The translations under genes were made by a program, and so were the position numbers. The notes under the pieces were generated by a model. It did not search any database, was not told the origin of the DNA, and was given only the letters and a program-made list of their open reading frames with translations. A DNA stretch of 63,622 bases, the filler included, from Craspedostauros australis (lineage: Eukaryota): the NCBI GenBank assembly GCA_030167865.1. It is 12 parts of 12 records of this genome, joined end to end, with 100 filler letters (N's around TTAATTAATTAA, not from the genome) between each part and the next. Parts side by side here need not be neighbours in the genome. Positions count along the whole stretch, not along the records: positions 47,608 to 62,284 come from JALAGF010005272.1; 11 more parts are not named here. The stretch is one strand, 5' to 3'. Below are positions 47,608 to 61,747 of the stretch, piece by piece (positions within the stretch are counted from its first letter, which is position 1; the number at the start of each line of letters is the position of its first letter).

Positions 47608-50600
47608 GTCCACCACAGTCTCTGTCTTGCTGGTTCCGTCCGGTCCTCCCAGCGAACCGTCGGCGATCTGATCGCCGGTCTCGCGCTCCGTGGACACGGC
47701 CTTGACGATGATCGAGTTGTTGCCCTCGTACACGCCGGAAAGCTGGGGACGGGGGGTGAACAGGATGCCTCTGCCGTTCGTCACGTCCAGGGCATCGTTC
47801 AGTGCGTCCTCGCGCGCCTGGGCGCTGTCCTCAAGAGCGGTCAGGTTCGTTGTGTTCATCACGTACACGCCGTTGCCGAGCGAGGTGAAGGTCACGCCCG
47901 TTGGGAGGTTGGCGTTGCCACCAACCACACTCAGCTCACCGATCGGTCCGAAGTCGTCCGACGGCACCTCCCAGACAATCGAAGTCACCTCCGAGTTGTC
48001 CGGTCCGTCTGCGCTGTGCGTCACGTTCACATCGATGATCGCTGTGTTGTCTTCCTGGATGCTGATGTTGTTGGCGGACACGATCGGTGGGTCCGCGCGG
48101 GCCTGGATGATGATCGGATGGACGAAGTCTGTGTCAAACTCGTCCGACTGCCCGATCTCCACGTCCAGTGTGGTCACTGTCACGTTGATGCTTGTGTCCC
48201 TGTCCGTGTGCTCTGGGCCCACGGTGAGGTTGAAGGCGGCCAACGTCTCGCGGATGTGCTGCTCGGCCTGCTCTCGTGTTGCTTGGTCCAGATCGCCAAG
48301 GGTGCCCGCAGAACGGGCATCCTCGATGAGCTTGCTCGTGATGATGTACGACAGCGTTCCATCGTTGTTGTCGACGTACTCCACCAGACCGCTGTTCGAT
48401 CCGGTTCCGTTGCTGTCGATGGTGGGGAGCACGTAGGTTCCGCTGAAGGAGAATTCCTCCTGGCTGTTGTTTGTGGGCACCGTCAGCCGCACTCGGGTGA
48501 TGGTCTCGGTGTCGGCGTTGTTGCCAACTCCGCTGCCATCGTCGACGACGCGGATTCCGCTCACGGGATCGGCCAGGTCTTCTCCCACTCGCACGGGTGC
48601 GTAGTCCTCGATGCCAAGAGAGGCGGTCGAATTGAGGATCGCTGGATCGGCGACTGGGGATACAAAGATGGAAAGAGTGACAGGTTCAGACACTCCAGTG
48701 GCATTGCCAGTGGAGGATGTATCGATGAGAACACCCCGGACAGATGGAGTCAGTTCTCCACTGAAGTGGACGGGGGGAAGGATTGTGATATTCTCATTTG
48801 GAATGCGGAGATATCCATCGATAGGTGAGGCGGTGATTGGTTCACCATTGAACAGAATGGTCGTGTTCTCCGGCAAACTGCTGATATTCAGCTCCATCAA
48901 GAAGATTTCGGATGTATCCGGGTCAGATCCACCAGTTGCCGAGACTGCGAAGTCCAACTCTTGGTCTTCAATGCCGGTGAAATTTGGTGTTTGTGGGATA
49001 ACGAAGATTTCATCTGATGCCACTGGATCCACCGGGATGACGAATGAATCGACCGAGGTAGCACGAGGGATGGCGACTTCGCCGTCCTCGGTTGGATTGG
49101 ACTCAATGGCCGTCACGATGACCGTCACGTTGATGTCCTCTCCATTTCCAAACCCTGGTCTGATCTCCAGCTCTTCCATCGCTTCTTCGATCTGGCTGGC
49201 GTTGCCTGTCAGCGTCACCACGCCATCGATGATGGTGATGTTCACATCTGGGTAGGATGCGTTGCTGGGGAATCTCACCACAGGTGCGTTGCCGTTTCCT
49301 GGCGTCGTCAGAATGATCGTCACGTCCTCGAACGTCTCCGATCCATCGAAGTCGTTCAGGCTCACGTTGACTGGGTAGTTCTTCAGTGGCGAGTTCTCGG
49401 CGACGGTCACCATGGTCTCATTTCCAGCCTCTACGGATGGCTGATCGACCACGGCGAGCACTGTCACGTAGTACTTCAGCGAGAACGAGTCTTCGACTGT
49501 CGTCACGCCATTCGAGTCTGTCACCGTTCCGTTCAGCTGGACNNNNNNNNNNNNNNNNNNNNNNNNNNNNNNNNNNNNNNNNNNNNNNNNNNATGCGAAC
49601 GATCAACTCGATCACGCCGCTGAAGTTGTCAGGTGGCACGATGCTCACTTCCTTGTCGGTTGGCAACACCAGGAAGCCATCGGGTGTGAAGTTGTCCGGG
49701 TCGGTGAGGTTGACGGGGACGCCGTCCACCAGGATCTGGCTTCCATCAGGGATGCTTGTTCCGTTGATTTGGAGGAATCCGGGTGTCTCGGAACCGTCTG
49801 GATCGTCAGAGCCAGTGATCTCGTCAACCCTCAGGTCAATGCCCGTTACTGGATCCTCGATGCCTGACACATTCGGAAGGATCAGTTGGTCAGAAGTGAC
49901 CGGATCCACCGGGATGACGAATGAATCGACCGTGGTGGCACGAGGGATGGCGACTTCGCCGTCCTCGGTTGGATTGGACTCAATGGCCGTCACGATGATC
50001 GTCACGTTGATGTCCTCTCCATTTCCAAACCCTGGTCTGATCTCCAGCTCTTCCATCGCTTCTTCGATCTGGCTGGCGTTGCCTGTCAGCGTCACCACGC
50101 CATCGATGATGGTGATGTTCACGTCTGGGTAGGATGCGTTGCTGGGGAATCTCACCACCGGCACGCTGCCGTTTCCTGGCGTCGTCAGAATGATCGTCAC
50201 GTTCTCGAACGTCTCCGATCCATCGAGGTCGTTCAGGCTCACGTTGACTGGGTAGTTCTTCAGTGGCGAGTTCTCGGCGACGGCCACCATGGTCTCATTT
50301 CCAGCCTCTACGGATGGCTGATCGACCACGGCGAACACTGTCACGTAGTACTTCAGCGAGAACGAGTCTTCGACTGTCGTCACGCCATTCGAGTCTGTCA
50401 CCGTTCCGTTCAGCTGGACGACGAAGTTCTTGTCGTCATCGTCGGCCAGGGTGATGTTGAAGCTCTCCAGCACGGTCAGCACCTCGGTGCTGTTGGCTCC
50501 GCTGAGGGTGATTGTGGTTCCAGCTGGTCCCTCGGTCACGTTCACCGTGACGCCCGGGATTCCGTTGTGGCTGGTGGTCTGCAGGTTGGGTGGCAGGCCG

Positions 50601-53013
50601 GACACGAGCAGATCCAAGGATTCGGATCCGTCCGTGTCGTCGAGGGAGTCGGCAGAGATGTTGAGCAGCTCGCCGAGCTCCACGATCAGGTCTGTGTCGG
50701 CGGTCACCGTCATGACGTTCTCGAACACGGTCAGGTTCTGCGCCTGGATGTTTGGTGACGACGCCACGGGGGTGATCGTCACTGGAATCTGGATTTCCAC
50801 AGTCTCTGTCTTGCTGGTTCCGTCCGATCCTCCAAAGGAGTCATCTGCGAGATCACCTTGCGTGTAGATTTCTGTGGACACGGCCTTGACGATGATCGAG
50901 TTGTTGCCCTCGTACACACCTGAGACTCCTGGACGCGGGACGAATACGATACCAGCGGCAAGCACCTTATCTAGGATTTTCTCCCTGTTTTCTGGATCAC
51001 CCGAAGCCTCAGTTGTGTTCAGCAAGTAACATCCATCACTCAAAAGCTCCACCTGGATCAGTGGTTCTAGTGCGCTGGTCAATCCAGGAAGCTCAATTGT
51101 TCCGATGGGCCCTCCACCGTCGCTCGGTGGGCATATTTCTATGCTCAAGTATTCAGAATTATCGTCGTCGTCGCTTCTTCCTGCCGTGACATTGAAAAGT
51201 GCAGAACCGTCTTCTTGGACGGTGATGTTTGTCGTCGCAAATTCGATTGTTGGGGGATCCGCGTTGCCCAATATTGTCACGAGGTGAAGTCCGGTCGCTT
51301 GATCATTGATGTTCCCACTGTCATCGGTGATTGTTACTGTCAAATTGAACGGCCCTGCGAGGTGACTTGGTGGTAGAATCTCCACCGTGTCGAGAAGACC
51401 GCGTAGTTCTGCCTCTGTGGTACCAGAAATTGTAAACACATAGCTCGAGTCTGTGACGTTTAGTGTAACGTTCCCTTGCGTTCCATTCACAAACGTCAGG
51501 ATTGTCCCAATTGGGAAATCCGTTATGTCAGCTTGGTTGATGGATTCAGGTCGTGCAGGGTCTTTTACCCAGTCGATGTTTCTCCCAATGTTCACTTTCC
51601 TGTCTTCGATGCCCTGAGACGTTCCCACCAAAGTGAATGCATTTGGAAATGCGCTCGGGACTTCGCTTGGAACATCGCTCGGTTGCGAAGACTCCGTTGG
51701 GGACGAACTTGGCGTATCCGTTGGGGCGCTGGTTGGAGCACTGGTCGGGTCACTGGTCGGATTACTTGTTGGTTGAGTGGTCGGGTTGCTGGTTGGCGCA
51801 GACGTTGGTGCAGACGTTGGTCGGCTGGTTGGCCGACTGGTTGGTGCAGACGTTGGTGCGGACGTTGGAGCAGACGTTGGTCGGCTGGTTGGCCGACTGG
51901 TTGGTGCAGACGTTGGCTGGCTGGTTGGTGTAGAAGTTGGTCCAGTAGTCGGTCGGCTGGTTGGTGCAGACGTTGGCGCAGAAGTTGGCCCGGTAGTTGG
52001 TGCAGACGTTGGTGTAGAAGTTGGTCCAGTAGTCGGTCCGCCGGTTGGTGCAGACGTTGGCGCAGTAGTTGGTTCGGTGGTCGGTGCAGATGTCGGTGCA
52101 AAAGTCGGTCCAGTAGTTGGTGCAGTAGTTGGTGCAGTAGTTGGTGCCGCAGTTGGTGCAGTAGTTGGTGCAGCAGTTGGTGCAGAAGTTGGTACAGAAG
52201 TTGGTGCAGAAGTCGGTCCTGACGTAGGTTCGCTGGTTGGTGATCCCGTTGGCGGGACCACAACGCCGAAATCCTCATCGGTGTCGTTGTCGTCGCATGA
52301 CTTGGGAGTCTGCGTGATAAAATATAGCGTGTGAGTTTACAATTATGAAGCTGCGTACATATCCAAGACGCAATATGTCCCCAACTTACCGGTGCACCAT
52401 TTGGACCGTTTGGACCAGACCCAGGTCCGCTCGGTCCTGGACCTGGACCTGGGCCTGTTGGAGAACTCTCCGGCGTTGGTCCTGAGGGACCTGGTCCAGG
52501 AGTACTTCCTGGGGTTGAACCCTTGGAACCACCTTTGCCGTCATCTCCCTTTCCACCTTTGCCGCCGTCGCCCTTTCCACCTTTGCCGTCATCTCCCTTT
52601 CCACCTTTGCCACCTTTGCCGCCGTCGCCCTTTCCACCTTTGCCGTCATCTCCCTTGCCGCCTTTGCCACTCTTACTGTCTTTGCTAGAAGGAGTGCTTG
52701 GTCCATTCGGATCCGAGCTCTCTTCAGTTGGCCCCTGACCGGGGGTCCCTGCAGGAGAGGGAGCATTCCCACCGCCAAGATCGATTCCGCCGTTGCCATT
52801 GCCGCTACCATCATCACATCCCTGTGCTCAAAACAAAAACGTAGACAGTGGTGAGAGAAGAAAAGAACAAATTTCGGAAATATTTGTGCACAACATGATG
52901 TGTATACAACCAACACTCAATGCAGATGAAGCATGGAACTTGTGTTCACTTACATCGCCGAAGGTCAATTCACTTCCAAAAAGAGTGACACATTCGTTCA
53001 GCTGTCACACGTG

Positions 53014-53092
<79 letters not shown>

Positions 53093-55645
53093 ATAGCAGT
53101 ATGAAGATGCGTGGTGAGCGATCGCGTTCAATGCGAAAGAATCCAGCGCCCCAACCGTTGCATTTTTCGTCCTGGAGCTTGCATAGACTTACCGTTGGGA
53201 CAGACATGGATGAGAGATTGAGACTATCGAATGCAGGATTTGTGACTGCGGACGGGGGGGTTCCAGGGGCTGATCCACTGGAATCAGTCGCACCATCGTC
53301 CTTCGCATATCTACGCTTAGCACTCTTGCCGTCGCCCTTGCCGTCGCCCTTGCCATCACCCTTGCCATCACCCTTGCCACCACCCTTGCCGCCGCCCTTG
53401 CCACTAGGTTCAGGTGCGGTGGGGCTTCCAGGGGTTGGAGAAGATGGATTCAAAGGGCTATTCTCTGGTGATCCGTTTTCAATTCCGTATGTCGCAATGC
53501 ACAAAGATTTCATCGTATCGATGAGGGCCTTGCATTCAGCCTTCGCGTGTATTGTAGTGCAGGAGCATACATCAGAGAGAGAAAGAGAGGTGAAGATACC
53601 AAGAAATGATTGGTTAGGTGAGCAGATCGATCATTCAATCCCGCACAGCACAGCAGAGCACAGCACAACGCGATGAGACTTACTACCGTAAGGAAGCTGG
53701 GAGCTGCGGGTCCTCTGTCAACAGGGGATGTTTCAGGGTTCGTTGGATTTAGGGCTGCCTCGGGGTCTGTGGGGCTTTGGGTTACTGCCGCGGTCCTAGG
53801 CGCGGCTGTGGCATCAGGTATGATAGGAACGCGAGTGGTCACAACATCAGATCCAATTCCGACAGCGACCTTCACGAAACGACGCTTGAGATCCTTGCTG
53901 TCACCTTCTTCATCCGCGCCCTTGCCCTTGCCGTCGCCCTTGCCGTCGCCCTTGCCGTCGCCCTTGCCGTCGCCCTTGCCATCACCCTTGCCTTTACCTT
54001 TGCCCTTCCCTCCAGGAGTAGGGCTGGGCGGTCCAGGTGAAGGGGGAACGTTTCCAGATTCGTCTCTATCCAAGCACATTTTCACAAGTTCAAGATGGGT
54101 ATAGCCGGAGGGGTCGAACGAAGTTGATTCGTCTTCTTCGATGATGGGGGGATCCGTGGGTGCGAATTGCAATGATTTCGAATCAGGATGCCCTGGAAGC
54201 GTGACAACTGCGCCCGGTGTGTTCCAAGTCTTCTTCCACGACTTTTGCCATGTCTTCGCATCTGTAGTTGATCCGAAGACGGGGGTCTTCAAGCGTCTCG
54301 CGTAAAGTCTGTGATGTCCCTTAGAAATGTCCAGTTCGTAGTCGAATTCGCCAGACCTGTCGTCTTTCCAGGGTGTCTCCGGCCCAGGATTCAATAAGTA
54401 CACCTCGTAAAAGCCATCTGCCATTCCCGGTTCCAAATCGTACAGTCTGCCTTGTCCAAAGTCAAGTCCTGTAACCGTGTTGAGATATGCGATCTCTTCG
54501 TCGCTCATGCGACCACGATCCTCGCGTCCCTCAAAGTCCAGCTCCACCATTTCTGGTCCGGTTCTATCAGTCTTGTCCCATGTTCTCTCGAATTCTTTGT
54601 GGACGGGCTCGGAGTGTTCAGCGGATTCTGGATTGGAAGGCGATTCTGGGTCGTTGTCATTACCAGCGGTTCTTGACACCCCCTCATCGTTCTCACCCAA
54701 ATCATTGGCTCCACTAGCATCTCCGGTCCGCCCAGGCTTGAAAGAGGATCTTCCTTGGTTGGAATGAGCGTTGTCGGCCCGACCCGTTCCTTTGGAACTG
54801 GGTTTCGGCTTCTGCGACAGCAAAAGAGATGTTGCAAATTAGGGCGGCAATGCAGGGCGTGAAGATGTTAGAGCACGTCAGGCAAAGAGGCAGTCATCAA
54901 TGAACGATGCAATGGAACATCATCGGCTCCAAGTTGCGCTGTCGCAGAGGCCTGTGTGGAGCCGGCAATCACTTTGCAGGATGTCGCCGGCACCCACGAA
55001 GTGAAGACTTACCGATGCTCCCCCGCCACTCTGAGTGGATCCTCTTGGTCGTCTGCGCTTGTTTGTCCGGGGACGAAAGAGAGAGCTCTCACCTCCATCA
55101 TCGCCTCCGTTAACAACGCCGTTTCCTCTTTTTCCTCCACCACCTCCTTGGTCTCTTCCTCCTTCTGCGACGCGTCCTCCGACAGCGTCTCCTTCTCCGA
55201 CATGTCCTCCGACAACGTCTCCTCCACCACTTCCTCCGCTTCCTTCTCCGACGCGTCCTCCGACAGCGTCTCCTCCACCACCACTTCCTCCGCTTCCTCC
55301 TTCTCCGACGCGTCCTCCGACAACGTCTCCTCCACCACCACGTCCTCCGCTTCCTCCTTCTCCGACATGTCCTCCGACAATGTCTCCTCCACCGCTTCCT
55401 CCTCCGACGACGCGTCCTCCGACAACGTCTCCTCCTCCACCACTTCCTCCGCTTCCTTCGCCGACGCGTCCTCCGACTCCTGCGTCATCTCCGTGGAAGA
55501 CACTTCTTCCGACGACACCTCCACCATCATCGCTTCCTCCGCCTCTTCCTCTTCCTCCGCCTCCTTGAGCCCGAGCTTGCTCCGATCCTACTGCTCCGAA
55601 GAGCAGAGGCATCAGCAACAAGCGGCCGAGCATCTCAAGCTTCAT
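47608..55645 (-). CDS. Giant secreted adhesin/mucin, 3'-partial, >2,400 aa. Exons 55645-55013, 54811-53684, 53540-53193, 53001-52954, 52821-52390, 52309 to <47608
   Basis: Signal peptide MKLEMLGRLLLMPLLFGAVG; five GTAAGT...AG phase-0 introns link the ORFs in frame; Gly-rich and GKGD/GKG repeats, PTS stalk, then tandem cadherin/Ig-like repeats with DxDGSE motifs. Confidence 0.85.
53015..53092. repeat. (GAAA)n microsatellite in adhesin intron 3
   Basis: About 19 perfect GAAA units. Confidence 0.95.
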
Positions 55646-57096
55646 CCTCCTCGTTCTGCTGTCAGCAATTTCTCACTATTGCTTCTGGCAACTCCTCACT
55701 TTGACGCTGGTTAGCTTCTCACGCTCGCCTTCGATTTTTGGTTTTCACCTCGTCTCGCTGGCTCGCTCACTCTCTTGCACTGATCTGACTGTTTCCTGTC
55801 CGATTGAAAGAGAGTTATGAGGACGTGCAGTCTCGTCATCCATGGAGCAGCCGAGAGCCGAGGCAAACAACACGAAAAAGCGAGAAAGAAACGCGGAACA
55901 ACCTCACTCACCACGCCCACGAAAAAAAGAAAAACACAAAGAGTCGCCGACGCTGGCGATGGCAGCGCACGGCGCCCGATGGAAACAAGACGGCAACGCG
56001 ACACCTCCGCTGCGCACATAAATCTTGTCCTTCTCTTGTAGGTGGTACGTGTTCGTCGTACCCTTTGGCGCTTCTCATCATCCATCCGCGACAGGAGGTG
56101 CGTGTTGGTTACTCCGCGACTGTGAGGCCGTCGCGTTGCCGCACAGAGCGAAGTTGTTCTTTGTTGGCCCAACGCGGTCGAGCAAAATGACCGAACTAAA
56201 GACTGGAATTGGCGCTATTTCTCCGATGACGACTTGGCTTGCGTGTCGCAATGACACGACTGGGTCGTTGTGACTTCTACCCCTACATAAGAAAGAGACT
56301 GAATGGAGTGCGGAAACACCGAAGTGCTTCGCCCTTCGCATCGTGGCAGGATAGAGACTGTTTTTATGATGAATGATTGGCAGATGGGAGGGCATTTTTG
56401 TCGCTTGCGACAGCGGATTGCTTCTGTATCCTGGAGATGGGCCTGACACCAGATGACGATTTGGCAGAACAGAATCACGCTCCAAATACACCCAAACCAA
56501 CCAATCAGAGATCCTGTGGCTGCGATGACGAGGTCTGTCATGCGCACGTTGATAGATTGAACAAGCGCATTTTCGGATACCATGTACACTGATACGTATT
56601 GGTCAGAAACGGATGGCGGTCAGGCCTGATACCTGAAACATAAATCACTTTTCCGAAGTCCTCCGGATGAGGTGCACCAACACTTTTCTCCAGATCATTG
56701 TGGTTGTTGGACGCGCTGCCCTTGCTGACGAACGGATGATCTCCTCGAGTGAAGCACCCCGATCTTATCCAGAGTACTCTACTTGGAGCACATACCATGG
56801 GAAATATCAGTTTCATGAAGCAGCCCCTGAAGGTATCACGGGCCGAGGCTTTATAGCAGATTAGAGTGCATAGAACCATCATGAATATCCCATCGCGATT
56901 AACCTTGCGTGCTGTACTCCCAGTTGTGTGTGCCATGCTGCCTCTCTCTCTCTCTCTCTCTGTGGATGACATGATCTGCAGCAACAAGATGCATGCACAT
57001 GCGACGTCGGGAGCAAACAGACGAGTTGGGCAGGACGAACTCCAACAACATACACAGAGACATACATGCATGAATACATACAGAAATATAGACATG

Positions 57097-57132
<36 letters not shown>

Positions 57133-57510
57133 TGCACTCCATTCGCGTCCTTGTTGGACCTCTGAGCTTGCCATCACCTGCCGAGTGTGAACTGAAACTG
57201 ATTAATACTCGCAAGTGTTAGAGTAGTCAATAAGCAGAAGTTCTGGGTGGGTAGGATTGTATAATATGATGCCATGAGTAATATCATCGGAGTGGGAGTA
57301 CAAAACAAGGTCCGACGCACAGGAGCAAATACTTCCTTGTTTGGATAAGATGGATGATTATTCGGTGTAGACGCCTGGTGGAGCACTACAGCCATTTCGG
57401 GTTGTATTCTCGCACACGACAGAGTATTGTAGCGAGTGAAGATGTGAATAGAGGGGAGATGTGTGGATGCGACCGTGCCAGCACACGGCTGAACCTCACG
57501 TCGAAGTGAC

Positions 57511-58704
57511 CTAGTAACGTCCTCGACCTCCGCCTCGTCCGAAGCGCCCAGGCGACCTTCCACCTCGCCCCCCTCTGCCGCCGAAGCCCGATCTACCAAA
57601 CCCGCCTCGGCCGCGTCCTCCTCTTCCACCGCCTCGCCCACCTCCTCGACCACCTCCTCTTCCACCTCCTCGACCACCACGTCCGCCGCCTCGCCCGCCA
57701 CCACGACCACCTCCCGACCCACCAGGATTCGTAAATCGAGATAGCGGCAACAGTTTGTCTGTGCCAATATACACCAAATCATTGGGTTGAAAGCTCTTGC
57801 TCAGGACTCCAGGGTCTGTCTTTATCGTGAAGAAGACTTCGGTGGTCTTGCCAAGGATTTCATCGACCTTGCCGATCTTGCGTTTGTTCTCGAGATAAAT
57901 GCCGGCATTGAAGTACGGAACTTTCTCAGAGAGTGTCCATCTACACACTAGGTCAGCCTCGGCATCGTGAAGAACCGATCCAGCCTCTGGTCACCGAGCG
58001 GGCATTAGTTTTGCAGGGTGACACCAGCGCAGTGAATCGGCATGCCATCGAATAAAAACATCACAGAGAATCGAACGAGAAGAGGAATGTGATATTGCGC
58101 GAGGATCAAGCGTGCGATTTTGGGTATTGGTGGGGATGCGGTAACGTACCATGCGTGATATCAGTTGGCACGCACGAAAGTTTGGTGGGGGATGTTGAGG
58201 TGTCATGTTGATGTGAGTGTAGGAACATAAATATTATTGGATGTATTGCAGATGGCGAAAGTCATCGAGTAGGTATGGATGTAAACAGGAGTGTGGCTCG
58301 TAGTCGAGTGGAGTCGAGTCGAGTATTAGTCGAGTGGGGGACGCGACATTGATACATGTGTTCCATATGAGCAACGACAGCCTGCTGGAGAACACTGGCC
58401 GCCGCCGTTGTTACGCATCAGATTGAGCAAGGAAGACGGTGAAGCACTCTCGTGTTTTCGTGCACAATCAAAAAGACCATTCTGTGTGACGACAAACGAA
58501 CGATGAGTGATCGGAATACGGGGCTTGGGGTATGGCAACGGCAACATCAGGGCAACGACACAGCCATCGCGGAAACGCACCAACTATCTCCGCGGGCGGT
58601 CCTTCATCGCGGAATGATCTACCACCGCGTCCGCCTCTGCCGCCACGACCTCCGCGACCTCCGCGGAAGCCTCTTCCGCCGCCTCTGCCTCCTCTGAAAC
58701 TCAT
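57511..58704 (-). CDS. GAR1: H/ACA snoRNP subunit GAR1, 199 aa, two exons (58704-58581, 57986-57511)
   Basis: RGG boxes at both ends; core [12 protein letters not shown]...[25 protein letters not shown]...[14 protein letters not shown]...CAG phase-1 intron restores the frame. Confidence 0.96.
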
Positions 58705-61181
58705 CCTCGGGCTGATGGATTGATTCCACTCGCTCTATTGTGGGTGGAAGAGGTATCAAGCACACTCGTGTGAGGTCGATGAACGACAAAGCCGTTGGAT
58801 GCGTGGTTCGTAGATGATGCCACCGCCAATCTGTGTCGATCCTCGTGTTTGGCTTTGACAGTCACGGTCGTTGCTGGCAACGTCTGTTTTGATGCTATTG
58901 ATGTCGGACTGTCAACTGTAAAGTTTCAACTGTTGAGTGTCGATGTTGTTGATGTCGGTGGTGCTGTTCGTGTCTGACTCCCGGTGGTTGGGCTTGCAAG
59001 ATCGGAGCGACGAGGAGATCAGCACAGAAGGATGGATACCCGATTGCATGTGCCAACGGTGCTCATGGTGCTTTTGTCTGTTTCAGATTTTTCTTGTGGT
59101 GTTGGCATGAGTTGCTCATAACCCATTGATTCTCAAGCATATGACCCACGTCAGCCAATGACCGTACGACCACGGCAGGATTTTGAAAAAATGGGCTCCT
59201 ATAGAGACTATAATTCAACCATGTATACTTTAACACATTGGTAATAAGGGAAAGGTGCTAGACAGTGAGTCCGGGCCTTGGTTATAAAGTTATGAGGTGA
59301 TGAACATGGCCAAGCTATCTCTAATAGGGCCTTTGTGAGTGCGTTTTTTGCGTTGTTCCTCGTCTTGCAAGTTTTTGTCAATGAGACTGATTCGGTACAT
59401 TTCTGGTTGGTTCACGGATCCGAGACCGTCTCGAACTCGATTTTGGGCCAAACATTCGTGAATGAAACGTACTCACGGGCAGACGACACAATTTCGCGAC
59501 ACACTCAACATCGCGAAACAAAGCAGCCACCCTGCACAACTGCTCCAAGTGCTTCCGCTGCTCTTCCAACGCTCATCTTTGTTTCGGTTGGCTCAATATA
59601 GTGCATGGGGGAGGAATAACCGCTCATGCACGAGTGGTGGCCCAGTCCATGCCCCACTCAAAGAGCACGGCGATGATGGAGAGTGGCGTTGGCATCATCA
59701 CCCCAGTGGATGACCCTGTTGGACTGTTGAGAATGCCCTTGTTCACATTGTACGATCCCAGTGGTTCAATCCAACTCTTGTTGAAGAAACTGTCTCCAGC
59801 ATCTGAAGTGGATCATTTTTGAAGCATACAATGAGATACAGTCTGCTGGATTGAAGTGAGTGTGCTGGGGAAGAAGCAATCGCGGAGCCCATCCGGTCGT
59901 CATCAATCCAAAGCGAGAGTGATCATTTCGAATATCGGCTCGCGCAACCCCCAAAACGTCCTTCTTCATGTATGGCAAAATTGTACGTAATTTGTACTAC
60001 TGATTGATATAAACGTTTCAATTTCAAATTTCAAATTTCCAGATTGCCCTCATCTTTTATCATTGACATTCGTCATACGTCACTGTCAAATTGTGTTGTC
60101 CAATCATTTCGTCTCATCGTCATGACGTATGCACACGTACATACGGACAGACAGTGTTTTGTTCCCGCAAAACCTCAAAACCAAACAAATCCAACACATC
60201 GTTTGGCGAGAGGTGTTGAGTGCACCAACACATTCGCCCCAATAACACTGTTAGCAACAGAAATAATCACAACAAACGCAATTACGTCCACCACAGCAAG
60301 TCCACCAGGGGCGCAGGTCAACATTGTCACCAACAACGACGCCATTGTGGCCATCGACCATATGCTCAATGTGTGCTGAGTAGAGGAACACTGCGCAGTT
60401 TGGTATCGACAGCGTTGTCAACGACCATGATACACTATCATGGCATGAACACACCAATGAAGCCATCCACCAAACTACTTCACTAACACATGCCACAGCA
60501 TCATCAGCGGGCTTCTCTTCTCAAGTGGCCTATCGCCACAATACATGCAATGCTGTGCGGCATTCCATGTATTTGAAGAAGCGACTATGGCACTCGCCCG
60601 TTGCCACATGCCACATGAGGCCTACCATGGTAGAGTCCCGATCTTGTACACCTACGGGCTCTTGGCTCCAGGATGTTTGCGTGCAAACCTGGACAGCCAA
60701 GGGCAAAGCTGCATCGGCACTCCCGTGATGGCGTTTTCCTGGGATACACTGCTACAGCGTCCAACATTGAGTAGAACAACGTATCCACGGGCCAAGTGAA
60801 AACAATGGCCCATTCCACCATTGACAAGGCTCACTACAACGCTCAGGAGCGATTGCCAGGGCCGCAGCTCCTGTACAACCTTGTCCTTCAGGAACATCAA
60901 CCCGATGCAGTTGCCATCGCGGCTGTGCTTCCTATCCTGTAACACGAGCTCTGTCCCGTGACTGCGTCAAGATTGCAGCGCGCATGCCTTTGCCACTTGG
61001 AGAGCTTGCGAACATCCCCACGCATGCGTCAGCGGCCATCCTGCGTATGACTGTCCCTTCTGATCCAGATTCAGTCCTGGGGTCCATTTCATCGGTGATC
61101 CGTTCGGCGCGAGTTTCCGATGCACCGTGTCTCTTTCCGGGAGCGATGACACCCTTGGGCTTGACCTTGAGATGGACGACA

Positions 61182-61747
61182 TTGTCGGAATGTGTGTACT
61201 CGGATGTGTATGCATCAGTCACACTTGCGTACCATCAAGAATATTTGGTGGCGGAATCACGACCCAAAACTAATGATGTCACAACGATACCACCATGATA
61301 CCATGAGGATACTATGATACTACAATACCAGGATATCGCAATACCAGCGGATACCACAGTATCCAACACAAGTGATGTCACCTCAAGGCCTTACCTACCA
61401 GGTCTACAGAGAATGAAATATGTTTTAAATAATCCATCAGATTCTATCAATCATCAGATTCAACAAAGCCCAAGAACGAAACAACGACAAGACAACAAGA
61501 GAGAAACAACAACACGAAAATCAAGTCAACGTCAACGAGCAACAGGAGAGCAATGTGCATGGAGGTGCAAGAATATTGCACCAGCAATGAGAGCAAGGAA
61601 GAGATGGATCAAGAGAGCATCTTGATCATCTCATTCCGCACACTTGCTCATCAACAATCAATAACAGCAACAGTAACAAGTAACAGAAACACTTTCAGCA
61701 AAGAGTGTTGACTACTACCGATTCTCCATGCGCAGAGCCTTCCAACA
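61182..61747 (-). mobile_element. Remnant LTR/5' leader of the copia family seen at 28198-35229
   Basis: 61182-61466 closely matches 34938-35225; TTCCAACA (TGTTGGAA on minus) LTR-like end at 61747. Confidence 0.7.

Noticed and set aside
54956..55714. Alternative Ser-rich, Pro-rich or Glu-rich ORFs over adhesin exon 1
   Set aside because: Only the Gly-rich minus frame has ATG, a signal peptide and an in-frame splice to exon 2.
57511..58704. Functional clustering of GAR1 with the intron-rich rDNA
   Set aside because: 55 kb and ten contig linkers apart; no evidence beyond coincidence.
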